Assembly: GCA_965199675.1 (NCBI GenBank)
Contig: CBDATI010000044.1
Location: 2,793 to 66,792 of the forward strand
Direction of reading: 5' to 3'
DNA from: Vicinamibacterales bacterium
GTDB lineage: Bacteria > Acidobacteriota > Vicinamibacteria > Vicinamibacterales > UBA8438
DNA length: 64,000 bases
Shown here: piece after piece, positions 9,960 to 19,686 of the stretch
Position numbering within the stretch: the stretch's first letter is position 1
How the letters are laid out: every line of letters starts with the position of its first letter
Notes under the pieces: model-generated
Databases searched by the model: none
What the model was told of the DNA's origin: nothing
Seen by the model: the letters and a program-made list of their open reading frames with translations, nothing else
Position numbers and translations under genes: made by a program

Positions 9960-10364
9960 ATGGCCTCGCGCCACGCCGACTGGCTCCGTCAGGCCGCGGC
10001 GGATCTTCATCTCGCCCGGCATGCAGCCGACGGCGCCGCCCACGACTGGGCGTGCTTCGCGGCGCAGCAGGCGGCGGAGAAGGCGCTCAAGGCCGTCCTC
10101 ATGAGCCGCGGCGCCGACGCCTGGGGCCACACCGTGACGGCGCTCCTCGGTGTCATCACGGGGGAAGACGGAGTCGCGGAAGACTTGGTGGTTTGCGCCA
10201 AGACGCTCGACAAGCACTACATTCCGACGCGCTACCCCAACGGCCTCGACGCCGGCGCGCCCGCGGACTTCTACACCGTCAAGGACTCGGACGATGCCAT
10301 CGCCTGCGCCGAACGACTCGTCGACTTCGCTCATCGTCAAGTCCAACAATCAAGCGACCGTTGA
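9960..10364 (+). CDS. HEPN domain protein
   Basis: WLRQAAADL, ACFAAQQAAEKALKA, WGH, LDKHYIPTRYPN. Confidence 0.85.
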   Translation: MASRHADWLRQAAADLHLARHAADGAAHDWACFAAQQAAEKALKAVLMSRGADAWGHTVTALLGVITGEDGVAEDLVVCAKTLDKHYIPTRYPNGLDAGAPADFYTVKDSDDAIACAERLVDFAHRQVQQSSDR

Positions 10365-10668
10365 GCGGGCGGTGCGCCACTGGGCGACGTGGATCGGCGC
10401 GACGCAGCCCAATGTGCGGCGCATCATCTGGTTCGGTTCGCGGGTCAACGGCATCCCGTCACCGGGTAGCGACGTCGATATCTGTCTCGTGCTCGATCGG
10501 TCGGAGAAGCCGTTTCGCGAGCGGGCCGGCGATTACCTGCCGCTGGGCTTTCCGGTCGGCATGGACCTGTTTCCCTACACCCGCGGAGAATTCGAACGGC
10601 TGGAGCGCGACCACCCGTCGTGGCGCCGGGCCATCGCGGCCGGCGTGGATCTGCTGTCCGATCGTTGA
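10294..10668 (+). CDS. Minimal nucleotidyltransferase (MNT), partner of the HEPN protein
   Basis: FGSRVNGIPSPGSDVD (GS-x10-DxD) and DLFPYTRGE; overlaps the HEPN 3' end; start uncertain. Confidence 0.8.
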   Translation: MPSPAPNDSSTSLIVKSNNQATVERAVRHWATWIGATQPNVRRIIWFGSRVNGIPSPGSDVDICLVLDRSEKPFRERAGDYLPLGFPVGMDLFPYTRGEFERLERDHPSWRRAIAAGVDLLSDR

Positions 10669-10833
10669 CGGGCGTCGCGACGACCCGCTGGCCGCGCCGG
10701 GGCATCGCGGCCGGCGTGAATCTGCCCGCCCGACTCGCACCGTTTCCCGCGCGTACCGACGAAGGGCCGAACAGTCGTGCCCGGCCCTCGCCGAAATGCC
10801 CGCGTCGCGAGCCGATGACCACCCGCGTGCTGC

Positions 10834-11847
10834 CTACTCCTCCTCGTTGGCCAGCTCCCGCGCGCGCTCGCCGCCGAGGATGTTGGTCATGCTGTAGTTA
10901 CCCTCGTGGCAGGCGTACTCGAAGAGGTACGGCAGCTCGTCGGCGGGGAACGTCGTGAACGGGAACTCGCCCGAGAAGCTCTGCGTCCAGTGGGTGGGAT
11001 CGTCGACCGTGAACTCGTAGTTCACGGTGCCGGGACCGGTCCGCGTGAAGCGCTCGGTGACGGTGATGGTGTCGTCGTCACGGCCGTTGGCCATGCGCAG
11101 CAGGACGGGGTCGCCGCCCACGGCTCCCGCGTTGGCCTCGGTGCGCCGCAGGTTGGTGGTCTCGACGACGAGGGTGTCGCCCTCCCAGCGCCCCCGCGGG
11201 TCGCCGTGCCATTGGCGGATGCTCGTCGGCACATGCGCGCGCCCGTCGATGGGGATGATCCGGAAGTCGTGGATCATCTCGACGTAGATGGCGACGTACC
11301 CGGGCGTCTGCATGATCATGAAGTTGTTGTTGTAGGCGCTCGGCAGCATCGGCGGACCCGCCGACCACACCAGGCAGCGGTCGTTCAGTTCGAGGTCTTC
11401 CCACGAATCGAACGGCCCCTCGACGGGAAAGGCCGCATCGTGCGCCATCTTCCGGTCGGCGGCGTCGGCGGTCCGCGCCGGCAGCCGGCCGTTCGACGGA
11501 TCCGAGATCAGGGACGTCCGGCCGGTCGGCCGTGTGCCCCCGTCCAGCCAGAAGTTGTTGTAGCCGCCGACGTTGCCCCCCGCCACGGTGCGGCGCGGCG
11601 GCGCCACCAGCAGCGCCTGGTTGCGGTCGACCCGCGCCTGCTCCTGGGCCGCCACCTCCTCGTCGGTGAGGAACGCCTTGTCGCCCAGCGCCTCGGGGCG
11701 CTCGAGTGGCGTGATCGTCTTGTTCGTATAGGTGCCCTGCAGGTCCGGATCGCCCCAGGGTGTCCGCGGTGCGTCCTGGGCGACAGCCGCCGCCGGTACG
11801 AGCAGGAGCGCGGCCAAGGCGACCGCGCCGAAGCGTGTTCGAGTCAT
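10834..11847 (-). CDS. Exported uncharacterised protein, 'PRTPWGDPDLQG...WEGDTLVVET...EYACHE' family (paralog 1)
   Basis: Signal peptide; motifs shared with 36564-37808 and 37805-38701. Confidence 0.8.
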   Translation of the reverse strand: MTRTRFGAVALAALLLVPAAAVAQDAPRTPWGDPDLQGTYTNKTITPLERPEALGDKAFLTDEEVAAQEQARVDRNQALLVAPPRRTVAGGNVGGYNNFWLDGGTRPTGRTSLISDPSNGRLPARTADAADRKMAHDAAFPVEGPFDSWEDLELNDRCLVWSAGPPMLPSAYNNNFMIMQTPGYVAIYVEMIHDFRIIPIDGRAHVPTSIRQWHGDPRGRWEGDTLVVETTNLRRTEANAGAVGGDPVLLRMANGRDDDTITVTERFTRTGPGTVNYEFTVDDPTHWTQSFSGEFPFTTFPADELPYLFEYACHEGNYSMTNILGGERARELANEEE

Positions 11848-12046
11848 CTCTACCTCCCCGTCTGGTTCCCGATCGCGCCTCCCCGGCGAGGCACTGTGTG
11901 ACCTTCAAACCAACGTATCGCCGCCCGCATCGCACACATGGCGACGCGCCCCACTCAACTCCGCGGCAAGGCGCAGAGTCCGCAGCCGACCGGGAACAAT
12001 GAGGCAGATTATACGCCCGGCGCACCCGAACGGCCGCACGCGTCGT

Positions 12047-13690
12047 TCATAGCCGTCCGTCGACCACGACGTCCAGCAGCGTGGGACCGGGATGCGCGAG
12101 CGCCTCCTCGAGAGCCGGTCCGACCTCCGCCGGCTCGACGACGCGCCGAGATCGGACGCCCATCGCGGCGGCCAACGCCGCGAAGTCGATGGGCGGGTCG
12201 TCGAAGTCCATACCGACGAAGCGCTCAACGCCATGTCCGGCCTGCACCCGCTGCTTGAGGATGCGGTAGCCGCGGTTGTTGGCGATGACCCAGACCATCG
12301 GCAGCCGCAGGTGGGCCGCCGTCCACAGGGCCTGGATGTTGTACAGGGCCGAGCCGTCCCCGATCACCGCCACCACCGGCCGGTCCGGCACCGCCAGCCT
12401 GATGCCCACCGCCCCGGCCACCGCGAACCCGATGCCGCCGCTGGCCAGCCCGTAGTAGCTGTGCTCGTCGCGATAGGGCCACAGCCGGGGCAGCGCCAGC
12501 GACGACGTCAGCGCCTCGTCCACCACCACCGCATCGGTCGGCAGCGTCTCGCTCAGCACCCGCATCAGGTGGTCGGGGTGGATGGGCGCCGCCGTGCACG
12601 GCTCCATCGCCCGCACGAAGGCCTCCCGGGCCGCCGACCAGTTTCCGCGCCGCAGCCGCTCGACGCGCCCCTGCGCCGCCTCGGCGTAGCCCTTCGACCG
12701 CCGGGCGCGCAGCCGCTCGTTGAGAGCGGCGAGGGTCTCGCGCACGTCCGCCTGCACCGCCAGCTCGGTCGGGTAGTTCTTGGCGAGATCGGCCGATCGC
12801 TCCCCCACCTGCACGACGGGCAGCCCGGGCGGCAGGGGCGCCGGCCCTGGCACGGACGTGCGGAGCACGTCGGTCCCGAGACAGAGCAGCAGGTCGAAGA
12901 CGCCGAGCCGGCGGGCAACGTCCTGCTGGTTGCGGGTCAACGCACCCAGGTAGCACGTGTGCCCGGACACGAACGGTGCGGCGCTGTGTATGGTGTCCTG
13001 ATAGACGCCGGCCCCGAGCCGCTCGGCCAGCTCGGCCGCCTGCGGCAGGGCCGAGCGGGCGCTGACCTCGTGTCCCACCACCATCACGGGGCGCCGGGCC
13101 GCGAGCAGGCGATCGGCCAGCGCATCGAGAACCGTGTCGGCGGGCCGCGTGCGGGCCTCGACCCGGTTGCGCCGGCCCAGGTCCAGCTCGATGTCGTCGG
13201 TCAGCACGTTGCCCGGTAGCGAAATGAAGACGGGCCCGGTCGGGGGTGCGAGCGCGATCTTGGCGGCTCGACGCACGATGCGGGGCAGATCCTCGAGTCG
13301 GGTAGCCTCCACCGCCCATTTGACATGGGGCCGCGCCATCGGCTCGAGCGGCGCATAGAGCATGGGCTCGGTCAGTCCGTGCCCGATGGAGTGCTGGCCG
13401 GCAGTGACAATCAGCGGCGACCCGATCCAGCTTGCGTTGAAGAGCGAACCGATGGCATTGCCGAGCCCCGGCGCGACGTGGAGGTTGCACGCGGCGAGCC
13501 GGCCGCTGGCGCGGGCGTAGCCGTCGGCCATGGCCACCACCGCCGCCTCCTGGGCCCCGAGCACGTAGTCGATCTGCGGAAAGTCGGGCAGCGCCGCCAT
13601 CAGCGGCAGCTCGGTGGTGCCGGGATTGCCGAAGAGGTGGGTCACCCCCTCGTCGACCAGCAGGGACAGCAACGCGTGGCTACCGAGCAT
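12047..13690 (-). CDS. Thiamine-diphosphate enzyme, benzoylformate decarboxylase-like
   Basis: LFGNPGTTELP, LHVAPGLGNA, GDGSALY...NNRGY TPP motif; start may lie further upstream (13780). Confidence 0.88.
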   Translation of the reverse strand: MLGSHALLSLLVDEGVTHLFGNPGTTELPLMAALPDFPQIDYVLGAQEAAVVAMADGYARASGRLAACNLHVAPGLGNAIGSLFNASWIGSPLIVTAGQHSIGHGLTEPMLYAPLEPMARPHVKWAVEATRLEDLPRIVRRAAKIALAPPTGPVFISLPGNVLTDDIELDLGRRNRVEARTRPADTVLDALADRLLAARRPVMVVGHEVSARSALPQAAELAERLGAGVYQDTIHSAAPFVSGHTCYLGALTRNQQDVARRLGVFDLLLCLGTDVLRTSVPGPAPLPPGLPVVQVGERSADLAKNYPTELAVQADVRETLAALNERLRARRSKGYAEAAQGRVERLRRGNWSAAREAFVRAMEPCTAAPIHPDHLMRVLSETLPTDAVVVDEALTSSLALPRLWPYRDEHSYYGLASGGIGFAVAGAVGIRLAVPDRPVVAVIGDGSALYNIQALWTAAHLRLPMVWVIANNRGYRILKQRVQAGHGVERFVGMDFDDPPIDFAALAAAMGVRSRRVVEPAEVGPALEEALAHPGPTLLDVVVDGRL

Positions 13691-13841
13691 GGTCGGCGAA
13701 GTGTTCGGCGGGTTGGCAGTCGCGGCGGCAGGGAAACCCCGGGGCAGGGCTCCGTGTCGAGCGGTTGAACCAGCGGCCAAACCGTACAGGCGGCTCGCGG
13801 AGAGGGCCCGTTCAGCCCCCCCGCGTCACCGGCCGCCGCAG

Positions 13842-16268
13842 CTAGACGTGGGCCATCAACCGGTCGTGGCCGGTCGGCGCCTGCTCGAGCTGGGTCAGGA
13901 CCATGTCCCGCGTCACCGGCGATCGGAACAGGTCGCCATGCCGGCCCAGCGCGTCGGCGATGGCGTTGACGACGGCGCCAGAGCCCGCGCCCTGCGCCGC
14001 TTCGCCGATGCCCTTGGCACCCAGCGGGTTGAACGGGTCGGGCAGGTCCGCCGCCCCCCACTTCATGGGCTGCTCATGGGGCACGTCGAGGATGCCCGGC
14101 GGGCGGTTCTGGTAGAAGCGCTTGGCCACCAGCAGCCCCCAGCGCCGGTCGAACACCCAGTTCTGGCTGAGGACGACCGAAAAGCCCTGAATGGCCCCGC
14201 CGAACACCTGGGCTCCGAAGGTGCGGGGATGGATGATGGTGCCGGCGTCGCACCCCGCGGCGTAGTCGACGAGGCGGATGTCTCCGGTCTCCACGTCCAC
14301 CTCGACCTCGGCGAATCCCGCCACGAACGACATCCGGCGCCCGCCCTCTTCGAAGTTGTCGCGGGCGACCCCCATCAGGCCCTGCCCGGCGAGAGCGGTG
14401 GCCGCGGCCGTCGTCATCCCGTTGATGTCTTCGGGCAGCTCGTGGCCGTCGTAGCGGCCGCCGATATCGATGGCCCGCTGCGCCACCCGCGCGAAGCTCA
14501 GGCCCACCGAGCGGTTGCCGGTGCGAAAGACGCGCTCGGCGCCGATGGTGTAGTCCTCGGGCACGCCCCCGAGGTCGCGGGCCGCGATCTCGCGCACCTT
14601 CTGCCGCGCGTCGAGCACCGCCGCCCAGCTCGCGCGGGTATGCGCGTGGGCGGTCGAGCTTCCCGCCTGCAGCGAGCTCCAGGGCAGGTGCCGGCTCGTG
14701 TCGCCCCACGCGACGTCGCACTTCTCCCAGGGCACGTCCATGCCCTCGGCGATGGGACGCATCATGTCGAAGGTCGACCCCGTGCCGAGGTTGCCGATGC
14801 CCGACTGGATGGCGATTCGCCCGTCGGGCCGGATGACGAACAGCCCGTCGACGCCGGAGGCGCCGGCCGCGAACGTGCTCAGCGCCACCCCGACTCCCGT
14901 CACCTTGGGACCGTTTCGCCGCCCGCTGCGCTGCACGCGCTCGCGCCAGTCGAAGAGCTCGGCGCCCTTGTCGATGGCCTCGCGCGCGAAGGCGCTCGAG
15001 ACGTGCCCCTGTTCGCCGTCCACACCCGGGGCGCCGAACTTCGCCTGCCCCTCGGGCGCGTTGACCTTCAGCACGTCGACCTGGTCGAGGTCCAGCGCTT
15101 TCGCCGCCTTCTGGATGATGGGCGACAGCATCGTCATCGACTGCTCGCCCCCGGGGGCGCGCTGAGCCGCGCGCGGCGGCGTGTTGGTGTAGACGCCGGT
15201 GCCGCGGATGCGCATGGCCACCGGCTGATAGGCGAGCGAGCCCATGACGCCCAGGTTCATGTGGTCGCCCGACCGCGCGTAGGGGCCGTTGTCGCCGATG
15301 GAGTGGATGTCGAGCGCGGTGATTCGCCCGTCGCTCCGCATGCCGAGCCGGATGCGGGCCTGAATGCCGGGGCGGGCCTTGCCGAACGCCGTCTCGTCGC
15401 GCCGCGTCACCCGCATCATGACCGGCTTGCCGATCTTCTTCGACAGCAGCATGGGAATCTGCGCCTGCACGTAGCCGGCCGCCTTGCTTCCGAAGCCGCC
15501 GCCGGTGAACTCGTTGACGAGCACCACGTTCGACGGATCGACGCCGGCCCAGCGCGCCATCGGCCCAACGCTGCGGTTGGTGCTCTGCACCGACGGGTAC
15601 ACGTAGACTTTCTGGCCCTCCCAATACGCCATCGTGGTGCGGCTCTCGAGGGGCTGGTGCGAGAGCGATTGATGGTACGAGTGCTCCTCGATGACGACGT
15701 CGGCCTCGGCGAACCCTGCCGCGAGGTCGCCGTACGACCACTCGTCGGTCGCCTCCGCGTCCATCGGAATCTCGCCGGGGGCGAGCCCCGCCATGTCCGC
15801 CTCGGTCCACTTGACCTCGGCGAGCTCGCGCCCCCTCATCGTGTTGCCGTCGGTCCGGGCGTTCGGCCCGCCCGGACGCAGGCTGTCGAGGGGGTCGAGC
15901 ACGAACGGCAGGGGATCGAGGTCGATGTCGATGAGCTCGATGGCGCGGGCCGCGGTCTCCTCGTCGACGGCGGCCACCGCGAGGATGGGCTCGCCCTCGT
16001 AGCGCGGCTCGCGGGTCAGGGCGGCCTCGTTCGGCGCGTCGACCTCGGGCAGGTCGTCGGCGGTCAGGATGCCCTCGACGCCGGGCAGGGCCTCGGCCGC
16101 GCTGCTGTCGATGGACACCACCCGCGCGTGCGGCATCGGGCTCACCAACAGCTTGCAGAAGACCATGCCCTCGGCCCGGTGGTCCTCGGCGTAGCGGGAA
16201 CGGCCGGTGACCTTCGCGTGAAGGTCCGGCAACCGATAGTTCTTTCCGAGCAGTCTGTAGTCAGCCAC
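13842..16268 (-). CDS. Xanthine dehydrogenase/aldehyde oxidase family molybdopterin-binding large subunit
   Basis: AKVTGRSRYAED, SPMPHARVVSID, GGGFGSK, RAPG, GAKGIGE; probable GTG start at 16268. Confidence 0.9.
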   Translation of the reverse strand: MADYRLLGKNYRLPDLHAKVTGRSRYAEDHRAEGMVFCKLLVSPMPHARVVSIDSSAAEALPGVEGILTADDLPEVDAPNEAALTREPRYEGEPILAVAAVDEETAARAIELIDIDLDPLPFVLDPLDSLRPGGPNARTDGNTMRGRELAEVKWTEADMAGLAPGEIPMDAEATDEWSYGDLAAGFAEADVVIEEHSYHQSLSHQPLESRTTMAYWEGQKVYVYPSVQSTNRSVGPMARWAGVDPSNVVLVNEFTGGGFGSKAAGYVQAQIPMLLSKKIGKPVMMRVTRRDETAFGKARPGIQARIRLGMRSDGRITALDIHSIGDNGPYARSGDHMNLGVMGSLAYQPVAMRIRGTGVYTNTPPRAAQRAPGGEQSMTMLSPIIQKAAKALDLDQVDVLKVNAPEGQAKFGAPGVDGEQGHVSSAFAREAIDKGAELFDWRERVQRSGRRNGPKVTGVGVALSTFAAGASGVDGLFVIRPDGRIAIQSGIGNLGTGSTFDMMRPIAEGMDVPWEKCDVAWGDTSRHLPWSSLQAGSSTAHAHTRASWAAVLDARQKVREIAARDLGGVPEDYTIGAERVFRTGNRSVGLSFARVAQRAIDIGGRYDGHELPEDINGMTTAAATALAGQGLMGVARDNFEEGGRRMSFVAGFAEVEVDVETGDIRLVDYAAGCDAGTIIHPRTFGAQVFGGAIQGFSVVLSQNWVFDRRWGLLVAKRFYQNRPPGILDVPHEQPMKWGAADLPDPFNPLGAKGIGEAAQGAGSGAVVNAIADALGRHGDLFRSPVTRDMVLTQLEQAPTGHDRLMAHV

Positions 16269-16464
16269 GTCATGCCCTCCCGAGCTCACCCTGCCTGCGT
16301 GGAGCGGCAGTCATCGGATTCTACCACCACCGGCGGCCACCGAACGCTCCGGCTCGCTCCGGCGCTGCGCTGAACGCCCTGACGTTGACGCTCTGCCCCC
16401 CTGAGAACGCTCTTGGCACTGTTATCATCCGCTCAGTGATCCCAGACGCCGTCAGGAGGTATCC

Positions 16465-17961
16465 ATGCGTAGAACGCTCCCGCTTCTCGTCGCCCTTGCG
16501 ACCCTGCCGACCGGTCCGGCCGCGGCCCAGGACATCGAGAGCGTCCTGCTGGCCGCAGGCGAGGCCATGGGCACCCCGAGCGCCATCCGGTACTCCGGGA
16601 CCGGCTGGGTCGCCAACGTCGGACAGAGCCACACCCCCGCCGACGACTGGCCGCGCTTCGAGGTGACCGCCTACACGCGCACCATCGACTACGACGCCAG
16701 GTCGTCCCGCGAGACCTACACGCGGCGCCAGGGGGACTACGCCGCCCGCGGCGGGGGCACGCCGCTCGTCGGCGAGCAGGAGCGGACGTTCCTCACGAGC
16801 GGCGAGCACGCCTGGACACGGCGCGGTTCCGACGCCGTGCCCCAGCCCGCCGCGGCCAGGGTCCGGCAGCTCGACATCTGGACGTCGCCCCATGGCTTCC
16901 TGAGAGCGGCCGCGGCCGCGGACGACGTCAGCGCCGTCAACGTGATGCTGGAGGGACGCGAGCTGACCATCGTGTCGTTCACGGCGATGGGCCACCGCCT
17001 CAACGGCACCATCAACGAGGACGATCTCGTCGAGCGCGTCCTCACGTGGGTCGCCAACCCCCTGTTCGGCGACATGATCTACGACCACCGCTACACCGGC
17101 TATCGGGATTTCGGCGGCGTGATGTTCCCGACCGTCATCCACTCGCACCAGGGCGATCCGCGGATCAACCCCGGCCACAACTCGATGGAGATCACGGTGA
17201 CGGAGGCGGAGGCCGACATCGACGTCGAGCCGCTGGCCGTCCCCGACAGCGTTCAGGACGCGACGGTCCCGCCTGTCGTCGTCCGCTCCACTCAAATGGC
17301 CTCCGGCGTCTGGCGCATATCCGGCGGCAGCCACCACAGCGTCGCCATCGAGTTCGCCGACTTCATCGCCGTCGTCGAGGCGCCGCAGAACGAGGCGCGG
17401 TCGCTCGCGGTCATCGCCGAGATCCGCCGGCGGGTCCCCGACAAGCCGATCCGCTACGTCGTCAACACCCATCACCACGCCGACCACGCCGGCGGTCTGC
17501 GCACCTACGTCGCCCAGAGCGCCACCGTCATCACCCACGAGGCCAACCACGCCTTCTATGACGACGTCGTGTTCCACCCCGGCACCCGCGCCCTCGCTCC
17601 CGATCTGCTTTCATCGCGCATGCCCTGGTTCGCCCCCAACCGCATTCCGTCCTACGAACTGGTGGGCGACGACGGGTACACCCTGACCGACGGCGAGCGC
17701 GTCGTGAACATCCACCCCGTGCTGCGGCTCGGACACGTCGGCACCATGCTCATCGTGCACCTGCCGGCCGAGCGCATCCTGATCAACGCCGACCTCTACT
17801 CGCCGCCCGCGCCGGGATCCGCCCCGCCCGCGGTCACCCCCAACATGCGCAGCCTCGCCCACAACATCGAGCAGCTCGGCCTCGATGTGGCGCGCCACGT
17901 CGGCGTCCACGGCCTCGTCGGCTCGCACGTGGACTTCCTGCGGCTGATCGAGGGCGAGTAG
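16465..17961 (+). CDS. Exported MBL-fold metallohydrolase
   Basis: Signal peptide; VNTHHHADHAGG, GHVGTM, LINADLY. Confidence 0.85.
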   Translation: MRRTLPLLVALATLPTGPAAAQDIESVLLAAGEAMGTPSAIRYSGTGWVANVGQSHTPADDWPRFEVTAYTRTIDYDARSSRETYTRRQGDYAARGGGTPLVGEQERTFLTSGEHAWTRRGSDAVPQPAAARVRQLDIWTSPHGFLRAAAAADDVSAVNVMLEGRELTIVSFTAMGHRLNGTINEDDLVERVLTWVANPLFGDMIYDHRYTGYRDFGGVMFPTVIHSHQGDPRINPGHNSMEITVTEAEADIDVEPLAVPDSVQDATVPPVVVRSTQMASGVWRISGGSHHSVAIEFADFIAVVEAPQNEARSLAVIAEIRRRVPDKPIRYVVNTHHHADHAGGLRTYVAQSATVITHEANHAFYDDVVFHPGTRALAPDLLSSRMPWFAPNRIPSYELVGDDGYTLTDGERVVNIHPVLRLGHVGTMLIVHLPAERILINADLYSPPAPGSAPPAVTPNMRSLAHNIEQLGLDVARHVGVHGLVGSHVDFLRLIEGE

Positions 17962-18025
17962 CTTGGGCGAGCAGGCCCAGGCGGTCGCACGTCGTTCGCC
18001 CCGAGCGCCGGAATCGAGCACAGGC

Positions 18026-18232
18026 ATGACCAGGGACCAGCACCTGGACCAGCACCTCGACCGGTTGGAGATCCGCGGATTCCGGGGCCTGTCGCAGCTC
18101 GATGTCGACGGGCTGGGCCGGTTCAACGTCCTGATCGGGGCGAACGACGTTGGCAAGACGTCGGTTCTCGCTATCGCTACGATTTACGCCCAGTTCGAAC
18201 ACTGCCTGCGGCACGGCATCGAGATCCGATGA
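18026..18232 (+). pseudogene. Internally deleted AAA_15/ABC-type ATPase
   Basis: LEIRGFRGL...FNVLIGANDVGKTSVL (Walker A) is joined directly to a C-terminus-like ...HGIEIR*; only 68 aa. Confidence 0.7.
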
Positions 18233-18452
18233 ACTGGACGTTGTTCGTCGAAGAGCCGTCCGACGCGGCGCTCGTCGATGGCTCTTGCAGCGCCTGCACA
18301 TCGACAGCGTCGAGGTCATGAAGATGGGAGGCGGCGTCTCGCACCTGCGTCATGTCGCCAATCAGGTCCACAGGCGCCACGATATGATGGCTACTGGGCA
18401 TCGGCGCCGCGCCAACCGACGGCGTCGCCACCCCGCGGGGCAGGACCCATGA
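18229..18452 (+). pseudogene. Frameshifted, truncated TOPRIM-like partner of the ATPase
   Basis: ATGA overlap with the ATPase stop; MNWTLFVEEPSDAALV then, after a 1-nt shift near 18277, WLLQRLHIDSVEVMKMGGGVSHL (acidic VE-x2-SD plus GG pattern). Confidence 0.45.
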
Positions 18453-19528
18453 CGCACTCCGGAACCGTACTCGCCCATGCTCCGGCGTCTGCGGCACGTA
18501 CAGCGACGAGATCGCCCAGCCGCGATGGCGCTGCGCCCGGGCGCAGCGACGCCGCCTGGTCGGCGCTCGACGCCGACGCGTTCCCCGGTTGCCGCGCGGT
18601 GAGCATGTCTGCCGAGGAGTACGAAGACTACGAAGGACGTGTCGAATGCTGGGACGCCGACACCGCGACGGCCATGGTGGTGTGCGAGCCGGTCGGGGTC
18701 TACCACGAGCACCCGGGCCAGCGCGTGACACAGATGGCGACGCTGATCGCACTGACGCGCGGCGCGCCCATCGAGACGTTCGGCTCGACCGACGTGATGC
18801 TGCGGGATGAACACGGCAGGCGGCGGCGCGTCCTCCAGGCCGACCAGACCGTCTATCTGCACGCAGAGCGAGACCACCCGCGCGGCGACTACATCGTGGT
18901 GGGCGAAGACGCCTTTCCGGACGTGATTCTGGAGGTGGATCACACCACCGACGTGCGGCGCCGCAAGCTGGCGCTGTACGAGTCGTGGGGGCTGCCCGAA
19001 GTGTGGGTGGAGGTGCCCGACGCACACTCGCCCAGCCGGGCGGCAAATCGCGAGTCGGGCCTGACCATCCATGTGCTGCACGCGGACGGCTCCTACCGCG
19101 AATCGGACGATAGCCGCGCGTTCCCCGGCTGGACGGCGTCTGAGATCCACCGCGCCTTGAACGAACCGGTGTTGTCGATCGAGACGATGGCGGTTCTCGA
19201 ACGGGTCGCCCGGGCGCTGCGAGAGCGGGACGACAACGGGGACGACACGAGAGAAGCCCCCTTCCTGCGTCGGATCCGTGCCGCGAGTCACGCCGAAGGC
19301 CGGGCGGAAGGTCACGCCGAAGGCCGGGCGGAAGGCCGCGCCGCGCAACGAACCCTGCTGTGCCGCCAGGCGGCGCGCCGCTTCGGCGCCGAGACCGCGG
19401 CCAGGCTGGCCGATCTGATCGCCCGCAAGGACGATCCGGCCCATCTCGCCGCGGTCGGCGAGTGGGTGGTCACCTGCGACTCGGGCCCGGAACTACTCGA
19501 GCGTTGCTCGCGCACACCTCCATCGTGA
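18449..19528 (+). CDS. Uma2-family PD-(D/E)XK endonuclease with Rpn-like C-terminal tail
   Basis: LQADQTVY, PDVILEVD, LYESWGLPEVW; tail HAEGRAEGHAEGRAEG and RQAARRFG; start uncertain. Confidence 0.8.
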   Translation: MTHSGTVLAHAPASAARTATRSPSRDGAAPGRSDAAWSALDADAFPGCRAVSMSAEEYEDYEGRVECWDADTATAMVVCEPVGVYHEHPGQRVTQMATLIALTRGAPIETFGSTDVMLRDEHGRRRRVLQADQTVYLHAERDHPRGDYIVVGEDAFPDVILEVDHTTDVRRRKLALYESWGLPEVWVEVPDAHSPSRAANRESGLTIHVLHADGSYRESDDSRAFPGWTASEIHRALNEPVLSIETMAVLERVARALRERDDNGDDTREAPFLRRIRAASHAEGRAEGHAEGRAEGRAAQRTLLCRQAARRFGAETAARLADLIARKDDPAHLAAVGEWVVTCDSGPELLERCSRTPPS

Positions 19529-19686
19529 GCACCCGGTCGGATCGGCTCCACGTGAACTCGACACGTCGTCCTGCGTGCAGAGCGCGGCGTCACGCATGGG
19601 CGCGAGGCCGATCTTGCGCATCGCGGTTGCTGCGGCCCCGGCGCTCCCGACGCCCCGAGGCCTACCGATCATGAATCGCGGCCCGG

